The notes beneath the pieces were generated by a model. The model had not been told where the DNA came from, searched no databases, and saw only the letters and a program-made list of their open reading frames with translations. A DNA stretch of 63,847 nt, counting the filler, from Octopus bimaculoides (Eukaryota): NCBI RefSeq assembly GCF_001194135.2. It is 7 parts of 6 records of this genome, joined end to end, with 100 filler letters (N's around TTAATTAATTAA, not from the genome) between each part and the next. Parts side by side here need not be neighbours in the genome. Positions count along the whole stretch, not along the records: positions 1 to 24,091 come from NC_068986.1; 6 more parts are not named here. One strand, written 5' to 3'. This document shows positions 1 to 12,715 of this stretch, piece by piece. Within the stretch, counting starts at the first letter, position 1. Each line of letters opens with the position of its first letter. The position numbers and the translations under genes were made by a program.

Positions 1-204
1 ACGATCCCGCTCGAAAGATTTCATGTGTCGCCCGCACATGAGCCAGTCCAGGGGCACTGGCAACGATCCCGCTCGAAAGATTTCATGTGTCACCCGCACA
101 TGAGCCAGTCTAGAGGCGCCGGCAACGATCTCGCTCGAAAAAGCCTCATGTGTCACCCGCACAAGAGCCAGTCCAGGGGCACTGGCAACAATCCCGCTCG
201 AAAG
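1..204. repeat. GC-rich tandem repeat, 62-63 bp unit, about 3.3 copies, truncated by the window start
   Basis: ACGATCCCGCTCGAAAGATTTCATGTGTC(G/A)CCCGCACATGAGCCAGTC..GGCA recurs at 1, 63, about 125 and about 188 with a few substitutions. Confidence 0.9.
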
Positions 205-368
205 ATTTCATTTGAAAATTTTGAGATTTCTATATGATGTAAGTTTCACTTATTATGTATATCATTATATCTTGTCTTTAGAGTTCTTAACTGCACATTT
301 TTTACTCTGCTGGAATACATGATATTCTAAAGAAGCATCTAAAAGCATCAATGGTCAGAATAATAATA

Positions 369-579
369 TTGGTTTCAAATTTGGCACAAGGCCAGCAATT
401 TGGGGGAGGTGGTAAGTTGATTACATCGACCCCAGTATTCAACTGGTACTTACATTATCAACCTTGCAAGGATGAAAGGCAAAGTCGACCTCAGTAGAAT
501 TTGAACTTAGGAATTTGAACAGACCAAATGCTGCCAAGCAAAATACCCAGCATGCAAACTATTCTGGCAGCTCACTGCC
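369..579 (-). mobile_element. tRNA-derived SINE, family B (head GGCGAGCTGGCAGAATCGTTAGC)
   Basis: Reverse complement of the repeat at 40889-41105, including GCCTTTCATCCTT..GGGGTCGAT..AGTACCAG. Confidence 0.8.
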
Positions 580-1077
580 TTGACTAATAATAATAATATC
601 AATCAAATGAATAAATTGTCTGAAACAAAATTCCAAAGGAACCTCCAAGAGTCATTAATTAACAAGTGCTGAAGGGCTGAATTCAGCAATACACCATCAG
701 ATTTAAAGTTAAAGAGGTGATTAAGAACACTCCAGCTTTTGACTGATGTGGTGTCATTATTACCAAATGAAATAAAAAAATAAAAGATAGTTAATTGTAA
801 TGGTCAGGGTGAAGAGAGTAGTGTAGTTAGTGAGGTGACAAAAATTGTGTTGACTTGCCAAGCTCATTCCTGAAGAGATGTGTGTTTATTGCAGCAAATA
901 TTTAACCTTTAACATCTATCCACTGGCTGACATTTTAGCAGTCTAGTCATGTGTTTGTGTGAGAACCATTTAACTTTGTGTGTGACAGGGACAGGCTTGG
1001 TCTAAAGATTTGGTGGAGGTGCTGGGAGTTAAAGTGTGTGTGTGTGAGAGAGAGAAAGAGCTATACTAACCATATTA

Positions 1078-1614
1078 TCTCTTTATATATAAAATTCTTT
1101 GTCTATCTGTCTGTCTGTTTCTTATGCATTCCCAAATGGCTCGACCAAATCAAATAAAATTTTATAAGGTAAAAAGTGTCATGTAATTATTATTTTCATT
1201 TGGATTAAAACAATATAACATTTTATCTAAAATAATCTTTCTATAGCCAACTATAGTAAAGGACATTTTATACCACAATGACAACGACATCACATATGTG
1301 TATATGAGTGTGTATGTGTCTGTGAGTGTGTGTGTGTTTGCACATTCGTTAAGTACCTTAGGCCTCAGAGAATTTAACACACAAGTACACACACACATAT
1401 CTACACATACATATACATATGTGATTTCAGACAAGTATATCTGTGTGTGTGTGTGAAAGTGTATGTATGTGTGTGAATATACATACATTTTTGTGATGAC
1501 TCACACACACACACACACACACACATACAAACACACACACACACACACAGAGGGAGAGAGATAGGCCATTATACCGAGAGAGATACAATTAAAGTGTTAG
1601 ATATTCAGAGAGAG

Positions 1615-1651
<37 letters not shown>

Positions 1652-1811
1652 GTGAGTGAGAGAGTGAGAGCAAGAGAGAGTGAGAGCAAGAGAGAGCGTT
1701 ACCCTGAGGTGTGCGTGAATGTATGTCTGTGTTTCTGTCTTAGTATATGCATGTGAGAGTGTATGTGTGTGTCTAATGTAAACAGGCTATGTGAAAGAGC
1801 TATACTAGCTC
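1078..1811 (+). mobile_element. Probable non-autonomous Helitron/HINE-like element
   Basis: Starts TCTTTATATATAAAA followed by a (CTGT)n tract and ends ...GAGCTATACTAG. The interior is microsatellite-rich. Confidence 0.4.
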
Positions 1812-1902
1812 CAACTAATGAAATGGTTGATAAACTCAGTCATGAACTGACTCTTCAATAAATTGACACAACAGTTGATCAAGATCAGGCTGTTCAATAC
1901 CC

Positions 1903-2040
1903 TGTTCTATATTTAAGAGATGCGGAATTGTATACATTATTTACATTTTTATGGATATTTGTCCTCATCTTGATTGTTGTGTTAACAACCACCAAGATGA
2001 GGACAAATATCCGTCAAATGTAAATAATGTAAATAATGTG
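1903..2040. repeat. Fold-back of two PLE pseudo-LTR tails
   Basis: ACATTATTTACATTT..GATATTTGTCCTCATCTTG followed by CAAGATGAGGACAAATATCCGTCAAATGTAAATAATGT. Same family as 34001-34395 and 58500-58610. Confidence 0.8.
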
Positions 2041-2608
2041 TTCCATACCCAGTTGAATTTCTAAACAAACTTAAACCCACTGGGATGCCACCATATATCT
2101 TGATACTAAAGTTGGGTGCTCCCATTATGCTACTTAGGAATCTTGACCCACCTCGCCTGTGTAATGGAACTCACTTAATTCTTTTCCACTCAAAGCACAA
2201 AGCCCGAAATTTTTGGGGAGGAGGCCAATCGGTTAGATCAACCCCAGTATGCAACTGATACTTAATTTATTGACTAAAAATGGATGAAAGGCAAAGTCAA
2301 CCTCAGTGCAGTTTGAACTCAGAACGTAAGGACAGACGAAATACCACTAAGCATTTCACCTGGCGTGCTAATGTTTCTGCCAGCTCCCCACCTTACGGAA
2401 TTCAGTTGTTACTTCCATGAAGTTCCATGTCCTAGAAGCAACAATCATAACAGGTAGTCACAAAGGAGAAAATGTCTTCATTCCAAAAATTCCTCTCATA
2501 CCTACAGATGTTCCATTTGAATTTAAGAGGCTTCAGTTTCTAGTCAAACTAAGTTTTGCTATTTCAATTAACAAATCTCAGGGTCAATTCCTCAAGGTAG
2601 TTAGTTGA
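2041..2608 (+). pseudogene. Helitron PIF1-type helicase C-terminal fragment, interrupted by a SINE
   Basis: Translates (with a frameshift) to [42 protein letters not shown], then after the insertion FHVLEATIITGSHKGENVFIPKIPLIPTDVPFEFKRLQFLVKLSFAISINKSQGQ. These are the typical RepHel helicase motifs. Confidence 0.9.
2185..2395 (-). mobile_element. SINE family B inserted in the Helitron helicase remnant
   Basis: GGATGAAAGGCAAAGTCAACCTC..GAACTCAGAACGTAA..CTAAGCATTTC..TTCTGCCAGCTC is the reverse complement of the family B head. Confidence 0.8.
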
Positions 2609-3268
2609 ACTTGATCTCTCTACNNNNNNNNNNNNNNNNNNNNNNNNNNNNNNNNNNNNNNNNNNNNNNNNNNNNNNNNNNNNNNNNNNNNNNNNNNNNN
2701 NNNNNNNNNNNNNNNNNNNNNNNNNNNNNNNNNNNNNNNNNNNNNNNNNNNNNNNNNNNNNNNNNNNNNNNNNNNNNNNNNNNNNNNNNNNNNNNNNNNN
2801 NNNNNNNNNNNNNNNNNNNNNNNNNNNNNNNNNNNNNNNNNNNNNNNNNNNNNNNNNNNNNNNNNNNNNNNNNNNNNNNNNNNNNNNNNNNNNNNNNNNN
2901 NNNNNNNNNNNNNNNNNNNNNNNNNNNNNNNNNNNNNNNNNNNNNNNNNNNNNNNNNNNNNNNNNNNNNNNNNNNNNNNNNNNNNNNNNNNNNNNNNNNN
3001 NNNNNNNNNNNNNNNNNNNNNNNNNNNNNNNNNNNNNNNNNNNNNNNNNNNNNNNNNNNNNNNNNNNNNNNNNNNNNNNNNNNNNNNNNNNNNNNNNNNN
3101 NNNNNNNNNNNNNNNTACATGCATATCTACATACATATATACATATATAATTTTAAATTAATAATAAAAGGGTAAAATTAATCAATTAAATTAATTTATT
3201 AATCAATCAATTAATTAATAATTTTACCAAGTAGATTGGTACATTAGAATAACCTTTATAGGTAAAAT

Positions 3269-3952
3269 TATACAAATATTCTATAATTATAAACATAATT
3301 ATAATTAGGGGTCAGCTAATTGCTTCACCACATACTGAATTTAGAAGTAGGAATTAAAAATTCCTTTTCTACTACTGTAAAAATCTCCACGACAGTAACA
3401 CACTTTTTTACGGAGGCAAAGAGAAAAACAATGAATCAATACAACTCCAATTAGCCACATACGCGTTTCGAGGTTAAAGTGTTTAAAATTACCAACTTCT
3501 CTCTTCAGTGTAGCATTTCCAATTATAAAATTTGAAAGTGCTTGGGTTAAATATGCACACGATGAATAGTGTATTCACCGGGGATGAATAATGTATTCAC
3601 GTTCGGCTGTGTAAATTTTGGAAGTGTTGGTTGGATATCTGTTGCACAATGTCGCTCGATCGTGTGCATATTTAACCCAAATACTTTCAGATTTCATAAT
3701 TGGAAATGCTACACTGAAGAGAGAAGTAAGTAATTAAAATACTTTAATCTCGAAACACATATGTGGCTAATCAGAGTCATGTAAATTCATTGTTTTTCTC
3801 TTTGCCTGCATAAAAAAGTGTGTTACTGTCGTGGAGATTTTTACAGTAGTAGAAAAGGAATTTTTAACTCCTATTTCTAAATTCAGTATGTGGTGAAGCA
3901 ATTAGCTGACCCCTAATTATAATTATGTTTATAATTATAGAATATTTGTATA
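3269..3952. mobile_element. Long inverted repeat (about 295-bp arms) of a PLE-type terminal repeat, one hammerhead ribozyme motif per arm
   Basis: 3269-3563 is the reverse complement of 3659-3952 with scattered mismatches. Confidence 0.85.
3454..3514 (-). ncRNA. Minimal type I hammerhead ribozyme, core intact
   Basis: Minus strand reads GCTACA-CTGAAGA-GAG..CTC-GAAAC-GC-GTA-TGTGGC. Stem I is 6 bp (one G.U), stem III is palindromic ACGCGT, and the cleavage triplet is GUA. Confidence 0.7.
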
Positions 3953-3960
3953 TAAATACA

Positions 3961-3996
<36 letters not shown>

Positions 3997-4022
3997 TATA
4001 TAAATTGTAAATGTAAAAATAA

Positions 4023-4063
<41 letters not shown>

Positions 4064-4073
4064 NNNNNNNNNN

Positions 4074-4108
<35 letters not shown>

Positions 4109-4146
4109 TTGTACATATACACACACATACACACATATATACACTC

Positions 4147-4177
<31 letters not shown>

Positions 4178-4960
4178 CTCAACGCCTGTGTTAGAATGGG
4201 GGTAGCTGATGAAGGAAAATGTTCTCTATGTGGCCTGTGTGTGTTCTGTACTCTGGTTATTATTATTTTTTTTGTCTATGTTTTGTTTGCGATGTCCTGT
4301 ACCCAGATATGCACCTATATATACAGGTAGGCGTAGGTATGCACATACCTGTACATATATATGCATATACTCATTTATTATATATATATATNNNNNNNNN
4401 NNNNNNNNNNNNNNNNNNNNNNNNNNNNNNNNNNNNNNNNNNNNNNNNNNNNNNNNNNNNNNNNNNNNNNNNNNNNNNNNNNNNNNNNNNNNNNNNNNNN
4501 NNNNNNNNNNNNNNNNNNNNNNNNNNNNNNNNNNNNNNNNNNNNNNNNNNNNNNNNNNNNNNNNNNNNNNNNNNNNNNNNNNNNNNNNNNNNNNNNNNNN
4601 NNNNNNNNNNNNNNNNNNNNNNNNNNNNNNNNNNNNNNNNNNNNNNNNNNNNNNNNNNNNNNNNNNNNNNNNNNNNNNNNNNNNNNNNNNNNNNNNNNNN
4701 NNNNNNNNNNNNNNNNNNNNNNNNNNNNNNNNNNNNNNNNNNNNNNNNNNNNNNNNNNNNNNNNNNNNNNNNNNNNNNNNNNNNNNNNNNNNNNNNNNNN
4801 NNNNNNNNNNNNNNNNNNNNNNNNNNNNNNNNNNNNNNNNNNNNNNNNNNNNNNNNNNNNNNNNNNNNNNNNNNNNNNNNNNNNNNNNNNNNNNNNNNNN
4901 NNNNNNNNNNNNNNNNNNNNNNNNNNNNNNNNNNNNNNNNNNNNNNNNNNNNNNNNNNNN

Positions 4961-5011
<51 letters not shown>

Positions 5012-5020
5012 ATATATATA

Positions 5021-5184
5021 CGACAGGCTTCTTTCAGTTTCTGTCTAACAAATCCACTCACAAGGCTTTGGTTGGCCTGAGGCTATAGTAGAAGACACTT
5101 GTCCAAGGTGCCACACAGTGGGACTAAACTCAGAACCATGTGGTTGGGAAGCAAACTTCTTACCACACAGCCACACTTGCGCCT
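5021..5184 (-). mobile_element. tRNA-derived SINE family A (head GTGGCTGTGTGGTAAG), 5' part
   Basis: Reverse complement of 26920-27085. Confidence 0.85.
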
Positions 5185-5244
5185 GAAATGAAAATAACAT
5201 GCAAAAATGAAAATAGCACTGACATCTCATTTTAACAGTTACCA

Positions 5245-5870
5245 AAATTACATAAAAATATCTTGAAATACTAACAAGTAAATTTATTCAATAAGATCAC
5301 CATTGTCTTCAACCATGGTCTCCTGATGACTTGTTTAAGTTGATGAGTGCTGCCATAACCCTTGCCTTCTTTGGTGTTACAAGGAGTTTTGTTGGTCTCT
5401 TGCTCAACTGCACCCGACACATAATAATCAAGTGGGTTGCAGTCTGGAGAGTTAGGTGGCCAGATGTTAGGAGCAATGTGGCTGCAGAAATTGTCTGGCG
5501 ACCATGACTGGGTTCTCCTGCTTTTGTGACATGGTGCAGAATCCTGTTGCCAGACATAGTCCTCCAACAGCCACCCTATCACCAAGAGCAGCACTACCTA
5601 CTCCAGACACTTGATGTAGGCTCCTGTGTTGAGTCTGAGGCCCAGTGGGAAGATGAATGGAAGCATAACGTTGCCATCACTAGTGATCACTCCAAAAACC
5701 ATGATACTGACTGGATGTTTGATTTTTATCACTCTCAGTTCATGTCCTTAGATTGCATTGTTTTCAGGTTGATGCTCAAACACTCTGAAATATTCATATC
5801 AGAGCTTCCAGCATGAATGCTAAGCAGTACAGCATGTTTCCAAATTTCTGACAGAGTGAATTGTACTGTG
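5245..5870 (-). mobile_element. Tc1/mariner (maT/DD37D-like) transposase 3' remnant
   Basis: Translates to HPVSIMVFGVITSDG..WQQDSAPCHKSRRTQ..WPPNSPDCNPLDYY, with stops and frameshifts. Confidence 0.85.
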
Positions 5871-5964
5871 ATGCTGTTTTTCTTACAGATGGCGCTCAAC
5901 TGACCCTATCATAATCCTCCAGACCATAACAGAAAAACTGAAGACTGCTTGCTTCTGGTAGCTC

Positions 5965-7845
5965 CTCTATACTAATTACCTTGTTCTTATAGCTGAAATT
6001 GGAAAGAAATTCCATGTATGGAAGCAAAACCTGGAATCTTAGTTAACTTAGTAAGGACCAAAGTCTCAGAAAACAAGACAAAGGACAAACTACTAATTTC
6101 TTCAGGAAAATGGCCCTGCTCGGTATGTGAAAAGGTGTTGGTAGAAATACCATATCATGTGCCTAGTGCAAGCTATGGACATGTAAGAAGTGCAGTAGAA
6201 TCAAAGAAAGATTTACAGAAAAAGTAGTCTTTGTGTGTGATAGATGTGTAGGAGTAGAGCGATAAGCACTAAGAACATAAGAAATAGATTTTATCCTTAG
6301 AGTTGACAGACAGTTTCTGTTTCCTAGGTGACCAAATGAGCAGTGGAGAAGGATGCTCTGAAACCATAGAATAAGAACCAGTTGAAGAAACTTCAGATTG
6401 TACGATGCTTGTGTATGAACAGCAATGTTACATGGTTGCAAAATGTGGGCTATGAATGCAGAAGACATGTGAAGGCTTGATAGAAATTAAACTGGTAAAA
6501 TTAGTAAGCTCTAGTAGGTGTTCAATATCAGTGTGCTTGCACAACAAAGTGCAAATGAATTGAGGGTAAAATTGGGCATAAGGGATATGAGATATAGTGT
6601 GCAAGAGATAACTGTGTTGGTGTGGTCATGTAATGTATATGAATGAGGACAGTTGCTTAAAGAAGTGTGAATTGCTAGATTTGGATGGAACCTGTGGAAG
6701 AGGGAAACCCAGGACGATGTTGGATGAAGGTGTGAATAATGGCCTCTGGATGCTGATCCTTATGGATGAGATGACAAAAGACTAAGATGATTGGTAATTT
6801 GTTGTGCTCAAGAAAATCTATACACCTCAGTAAGAATGAGGCCCTAAAAGCATGTCACTTATACCACTGCTCCTGTTCCTAATGTCTCTGACTAACCTCT
6901 TCCCCACAACCTATTTTCCTAACACCCATCCTTCTCACAGCTCATCTTCCACTAACCTCTCCATTACCCTTCTGACTCTGACACTTTGCTTAGCTGCTGT
7001 GACTATGAGAGCAGAACTGCATGTATTCCCTACCTCACCTCAACTACTTAACCACCCTGGAACCACTTCTTTTCTTCATGCAATATCAGTTTTGTTCCTT
7101 TCCTCCTTATTTCCACTGAACATCCCTTTCACCTCTGCTTCCCCCTCATTCTGCCACTGGTAGCCCTCCCCTATTACCTCTATCAGTCTTCCACTATTTC
7201 TGCCCTACCCCTGTACCTCTGACTTTAACCCCTAGCACTGTGCATCTGTCTTGCACACTCCCCACTCAGTTCTTTGTTGCCATCTATTACCTCCCTAGTC
7301 AACACTTACATCCTCCTCCTACCCCTCCAACTGATATTCATGATTGACCACGCCTTCATGCATGTTCACCAATCACTGCATTTCTTATCTGCCACTCACC
7401 TCTCACACTCCTGTAAACTTACTTACTCCCCCATACACTTCTTTTCACCTTCCTGCAACTTGAGGGTACATCCTGACTTACCATCACTCCATCCTCCATC
7501 TCCTCCAAAAGGAGTAATCATGTATCTCCCCAACAAGACACCTGTTCCTATCCCTCCATCATGCTTTAACCACTTATCATTTCCCTCAAAATGGTCTGCT
7601 CAGATGAGGAGGTCTTATCTTGTGAGTGACTTGATAACCACACTAGTGCCAGTATCACATTGAAAGCACCCAGTACATTCTGTAAAGTGGTTGGCATTAA
7701 GAAGGCCATCCACCCATAAAACCATACCAAGGCAGAGGCTGCACCCTGATGCAGTCCTCTGACTTGCAAGCTCTTATTCAACCATCCAGCTTGTGCCAGC
7801 ATAGAAAATAGACATTAATTGATGATGATGAGATGATGATGATAT
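5965..7845 (+). mobile_element. 5'-truncated, decayed RTE-clade LINE with 3' tail
   Basis: LVLIAE..KFHVWKQ..SGKWPCSVC is homologous to 63120-63340. The 3' end GTGGTTGGCATTAAGAAGG..GCCAGCATAGAAAATAGACATTAATT(GAT)n is at 7690-7845. The pyrimidine-rich block at about 6850-7500 is unassigned. Confidence 0.8.
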
Positions 7846-7853
7846 AAAATATG

Positions 7854-7890
<37 letters not shown>

Positions 7891-7984
7891 CTTTGTGTTA
7901 AAGTGAAAATTTGTGGTTTAGTCATTTGGACTACTATATTTAGCATGCTGGTGCTGCTTGTTAGAACCTTTAATTATTAATTGA

Positions 7985-8258
7985 TTCTCCTGATTTGGCC
8001 CACCTGACTATCATCTATTCCCCATCATGAAAAAACAATTGGATAGGAACCTGTATTGCAGTGATGATGACATATCTGCTGTTGGTGACTCTTTTGACAA
8101 ACAGGATGAAACCTTCTTCACCAATGGGATCCAAGCACTGCAACACTGATTGAAGGGTGTGGGCTGCAAGGGGGACTATGTTGCAAAATAAACCTCATTT
8201 GGTCACATTCTATGAGAGTATCTTGGTCAGCCTATGAACTTCTCAGCCAACCCTCATG
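7985..8258 (+). mobile_element. mariner transposase C-terminus and 3' TIR remnant
   Basis: SPDLAP-like..DYHLFPIMKKQL..DETFFTNGIQALQH..GDYV*, followed by CTTCTCAGCCAACCCTCATGTA. Confidence 0.75.
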
Positions 8259-8261
8259 TAT

Positions 8262-8482
8262 TATTCTTTTATTCTTTTACTTGTTTCAGTCATTTGACGG
8301 CAGCCATGCTGGATCACCGCCTTCAGTTGAACAAATTGACCCCAGGACTTATTCTTTGTAAGCCTAGTACTTATTCTATCATTTTCTTTTGCTGAACCAC
8401 TAAGTTATGGAGACGTAAACACACCAGCATTGGCTGTCAATGGTGGGGGAACGAACAGAGACACACAAACATACACACACAA

Positions 8483-8513
<31 letters not shown>

Positions 8514-8672
8514 CGACAGGCTTCTTTCAGTTTCCATCTACCAAATCCACTCACAAGGTTTTGGTCGGCCCGAAGCTATAGTAGAAGACATTTTCCCATG
8601 GTGCCACACAGTGGGACTGAACCCGAGACCATGTGGTTGGTAAGCAAGGTACTTACCACAAAGCCACTCCTA
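8262..8672 (-). mobile_element. SINE family A, full length
   Basis: Reverse complement of 26920-27330, including the internal (TA)(TG) microsatellite. Confidence 0.85.
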
Positions 8673-10067
8673 CATTAAAAATTAACTTCAATCTTGCTTG
8701 CTTGCAATATTACACAGCCAAACTGGTGCATAATGGGGAAAATACTATGAATCAAGGTCCTCTTGAAATGTGAATACAAATGGAATAAAACAAGTTTTGC
8801 GTAAATTGGACCAGTGGTTCTTGAGATATTGGGGGTTTGGGGGTTATAAATACCAAAACAGTGCATAATGGGAAAATACTTCAAAAATAACTTAACCCTG
8901 AAAAAGAAGAAACTCTAACTTTTGATTAGACACATTAGTGACTTTAACTTGCCAACGAAAGAATATAAGTTGTTTTTTACAGTAAATGTTTCTATTTTTG
9001 CTTTTGTTAAACACAATATTTTAATCATTTAGAAACATTTTTAAGTGAATGGGATTTCAAAAATGTAAGTTGTTTGTATAAGTATTTATATTTTAGCTTT
9101 CTTTAAACAGACAATATTTTTATCATTTTAAAAATTAAAAAACGTTTTTTGGCATATTTTAAAAATATTTAAAAGTGAAAATGACTTTAAAAATTCGGTA
9201 AATATTTCATAAAAGATCCGTTCATAACCTCAGCGTGAAATAACTTTTTCTCATAGGTTTATCTTGCGTACATTCAACATATCTCACCTCCAAAGATTTG
9301 GCTGCTATTTCTAGCACGCTCTGCTACCATGTNNNNNNNNNNNNNNNNNNNNNNNNNNNNNNNNNNNNNNNNNNNNNNNNNNNNNNNNNNNNNNNNNNNN
9401 NNNNNNNNNNNNNNNNNNNNNNNNNNNNNNNNNNNNNNNNNNNNNNNNNNNNNNNNNNNNNNNNNNNNNNNNNNNNNNNNNNNNNNNNNNNNNNNNNNNN
9501 NNNNNNNNNNNNNNNNNNNNNNNNNNNNNNNNNNNNNNNNNNNNNNNNNNNNNNNNNNNNNNNNNNNNNNNNNNNNNNNNNNNNNNNNNNNNNNNNNNNN
9601 NNNNNNNNNNNNNNNNNNNNNNNNNNNNNNNNNNNNNNNNNNNNNNNNNNNNNNNNNNNNNNNNNNNNNNNNNNNNNNNNNNNNNNNNNNNNNNNNNNNN
9701 NNNNNNNNNNNNNNNNNNNNNNNNNNNNNNNNNNNNNNNNNNNNNNNNNNNNNNNNNNNNNNNNNNNNNNNNNNNNNNNNNNNNNNNNNNNNNNNNNNNN
9801 NNNNNNNNNNNNNNNNNNNNNNNNNNNNNNNNNNNNNNNNNNNNNNNNNNNNNNNNNNNNNNNNNNNNNNNNNNNNNNNNNNNNNNNNNNNNNNNNNNNN
9901 NNNNNNNNNNNNNNNNNNNNNNNNNNNNNNNNNNNNNNNNNNNNNNNNNNNNNNNNNNNNNNNNNNNNNNNNNNNNNNNNNNNNNNNNNNNNNNNNNNNN
10001 NNNNNNNNNNNNNNNNNNNNNNNNNNNNNNNNNNNNNNNNNNNNNNNNNNNNNNNNNNNNNTATGTA

Positions 10068-11308
10068 CAAGGTCTTGCAGATAAAATGAGACAATTTTTA
10101 CAATGCATAAAACTGGTTATAAATACTCAAATAATGGTAGTAGATAAATGTAATTTTAATGTAACATTTATTACAACAAAAACATTTATCACTCAATATG
10201 GCTGCCTTTTTGGACAATTACTGCCACCACATAAGAATGAAATTTTTTTGCAGCTGCCACAACTTCTGCCTTTTTGATTATGCATGTTGCATGTATGATG
10301 CTGGTCTTCAAACTTTTGACACTCGAGTGTGGTGAAGCATTGATCCATGCTTGAAGTACGCCCCATAAAAAGTAATTGAGCAATTACTGGGCCAGGAGTT
10401 GACCCTCACAAAAAATGGCACCTTCTCACCAAGGAAGGCCCGTGTTGCTTTTGACCCATGGCATGCTACAGAATCTTGGATAGGCACCACATTGTCAAGC
10501 TCAAACTTTTGCTCCATCCAAGGTAACAGAGAGTTCTTCAGGATGTTCAGATGCTTCTTTGTGCCAAACTTCAAGCCAGACACAATGAAGTATGGATCCT
10601 TAACACTTCCATCACTTGCCACAGCTCCAAATATCATCACAGAGGCAGGATTCTTGATCACAGCAGGGATGTCAGAAGGGTTGTATACAATCACTTGAGA
10701 GTTTCTGCGATTCACCTCAGCATCTTCTGTGAACTTCTCATCCACAAACATGAGAGTTTTTCCTGCACCTGATGCTTGATGAATGACAGAAGCTTTGGGC
10801 ATCTTTCAGCTCTGATTGCTTTGATCTTGGCTGCTAGGAGATCACAGCACAGTTGAACATAGCTAGTCATGTCAAGGTTCCTTATTCACAGGTCTGGACA
10901 CTGTGGAAAGGGACACATTGTGCTTCTTTGCAAGAGTTGTTATAGATGTGGATGGGTTGGCTTCAATCAAGTGTTTGAGGCCAGTAGGAAACTTTGGATT
11001 GTGCTTGGAATCATTTCATGTCTTGTGTTCTTTTCTATCAATCTCACCCTCATCTTTAAGATTATACACACAATAAACTATTGTTTTTGGAAGTTTCTTC
11101 AACTTAACAATTTTATTGGCAGTGTGCCAAAACAACAACAGGGGAACGATTCTGTTGTTGAATCAGTTTGCTATTTACTTTGCTATTTACATGAAAAATA
11201 AAGAGGAGGATTAGATTTTCAAGCAAGCAAAGTTTTGTCAAAAAAATGAAATGTTAAACCCACTAAGTCAACTGCTTAAAATTGTCTCAATTTATGTGCA
11301 ATACACTG
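10068..11308 (-). mobile_element. Near full-length, decayed maT/DD37D-like Tc1-mariner transposon (about 1.24 kb)
   Basis: TA precedes the left TIR CAAGGTCTTGCAGATAAAATGAGACAATTTT. The right TIR (reverse complement) is CAGTGTATTGCACATAAATTGAGACAATTTT. The ORF reads FVDEKFT..PASVMIFGAVASDG..IQDSVACH..WPSNCS..NYFLWG. Confidence 0.88.
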
Positions 11309-11759
11309 NNNNNNNNNNNNNNNNNNNNNNNNNNNNNNNNNNNNNNNNNNNNNNNNNNNNNNNNNNNNNNNNNNNNNNNNNNNNNNNNNNNNNNNNNNNN
11401 NNNNNNNNNNNNNNNNNNNNNNNNNNNNNNNNNNNNNNNNNNNNNNNNNNNNNNNNNNNNNNNNNNNNNNNNNNNNNNNNNNNNNNNNNNNNNNNNNNNN
11501 NNNNNNNNNNNNNNNNNNNNNNNNNNNNNNNNNNNNNNNNNNNNNNNNNNNNNNNNNNNNNNNNNNNNNNNNNNNNNNNNNNNNNNNNNNNNNNNNNNNN
11601 NNNNNNNNNNNNNNNNNNNNNNNNNNNNNNNNNNNNNNNNNNNNNNNNNNNNNNNNNNNNNNNNNNNNNNNNNNNNNNNNNNNNNNNNNNNNNNNNNNNT
11701 ATATATATATATATATGTATATATATATGCATGTGTATATCTATACATATGTAACATCA

Positions 11760-12115
11760 TATACTCATGCTTCCCAATATCCCTATATCCTTTGACATCT
11801 CTATCCAGGTGGTGTCAGGTGGAATAGAGGTGTCATCACTGCAATACTGGTTCCCATCACACAATGCAACCATTGAAACCAACAACTTGTGAGCTGGAGC
11901 ATTGTTGTGATGAAACAAGACCCTCTCACCAGTTTTCCTGAGTGTTTTGTATTGATAGCTTTCATATCTGCCTCGGCAAGTTGGGATAGTACTCACCATT
12001 GATGGTGTGGCCCTTTTGAAGTCAATAAACACATTGCCTTTTGTATCCCAAAAACTGAGGCCAACACCTTCCCTGGAGAAGAAACAACCTTGGCCTTCTT
12101 TGGCGCAGGGGAGGA
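11760..12115 (-). mobile_element. mariner transposase fragment
   Basis: FIDF..ERVLFHHNNAPAHKLLVSMVALCD matches the mariner HDNA(P/R)H region. Confidence 0.75.
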
Positions 12116-12392
12116 AGGGTGTTTAGACTGCAAGGATTACCTACAGCACACACACATATCAATTTCATACACACACTCGCTCACATACACATGCATAAAC
12201 ACACAGTATTCATACATGAATACACAATACACATGCACACAATAGTGTCACACACATGCACATACACTCACACACACAGTATACACACATATGCTTGCAC
12301 ACATACATACACACGTCATTCACACATAGTATGCATACATGTGCTTGCACACACACACACGTTACTTGCACACAGTATACATGCATGTGCTT

Positions 12393-12434
<42 letters not shown>

Positions 12435-12715
12435 ACATACATACTCACACAGACACATACTTTAGACAGCTTCACACAAATATACACATCCACACACATA
12501 AATACACAGTATACACACATACACACACATATCCCACACACTCATATACTTTTAGAAATAATACATTTCTAAATCTCTCAGAGAGATTTATGCAGTAGTG
12601 ATACGATGAAGTAGTTGTATGCTGTCAACTTCATGTGACAGTCCCCTGAAGGGAATAATACTACTGTTGGTTAGACCTCCAATTTCCCCCCTCTCTCCAT
12701 CTGTTTTCTTTCCTC

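Noticed and set aside
1-204. CRISPR-like array
   Set aside because: There are no unique spacers, the whole unit repeats, and the context is eukaryotic.
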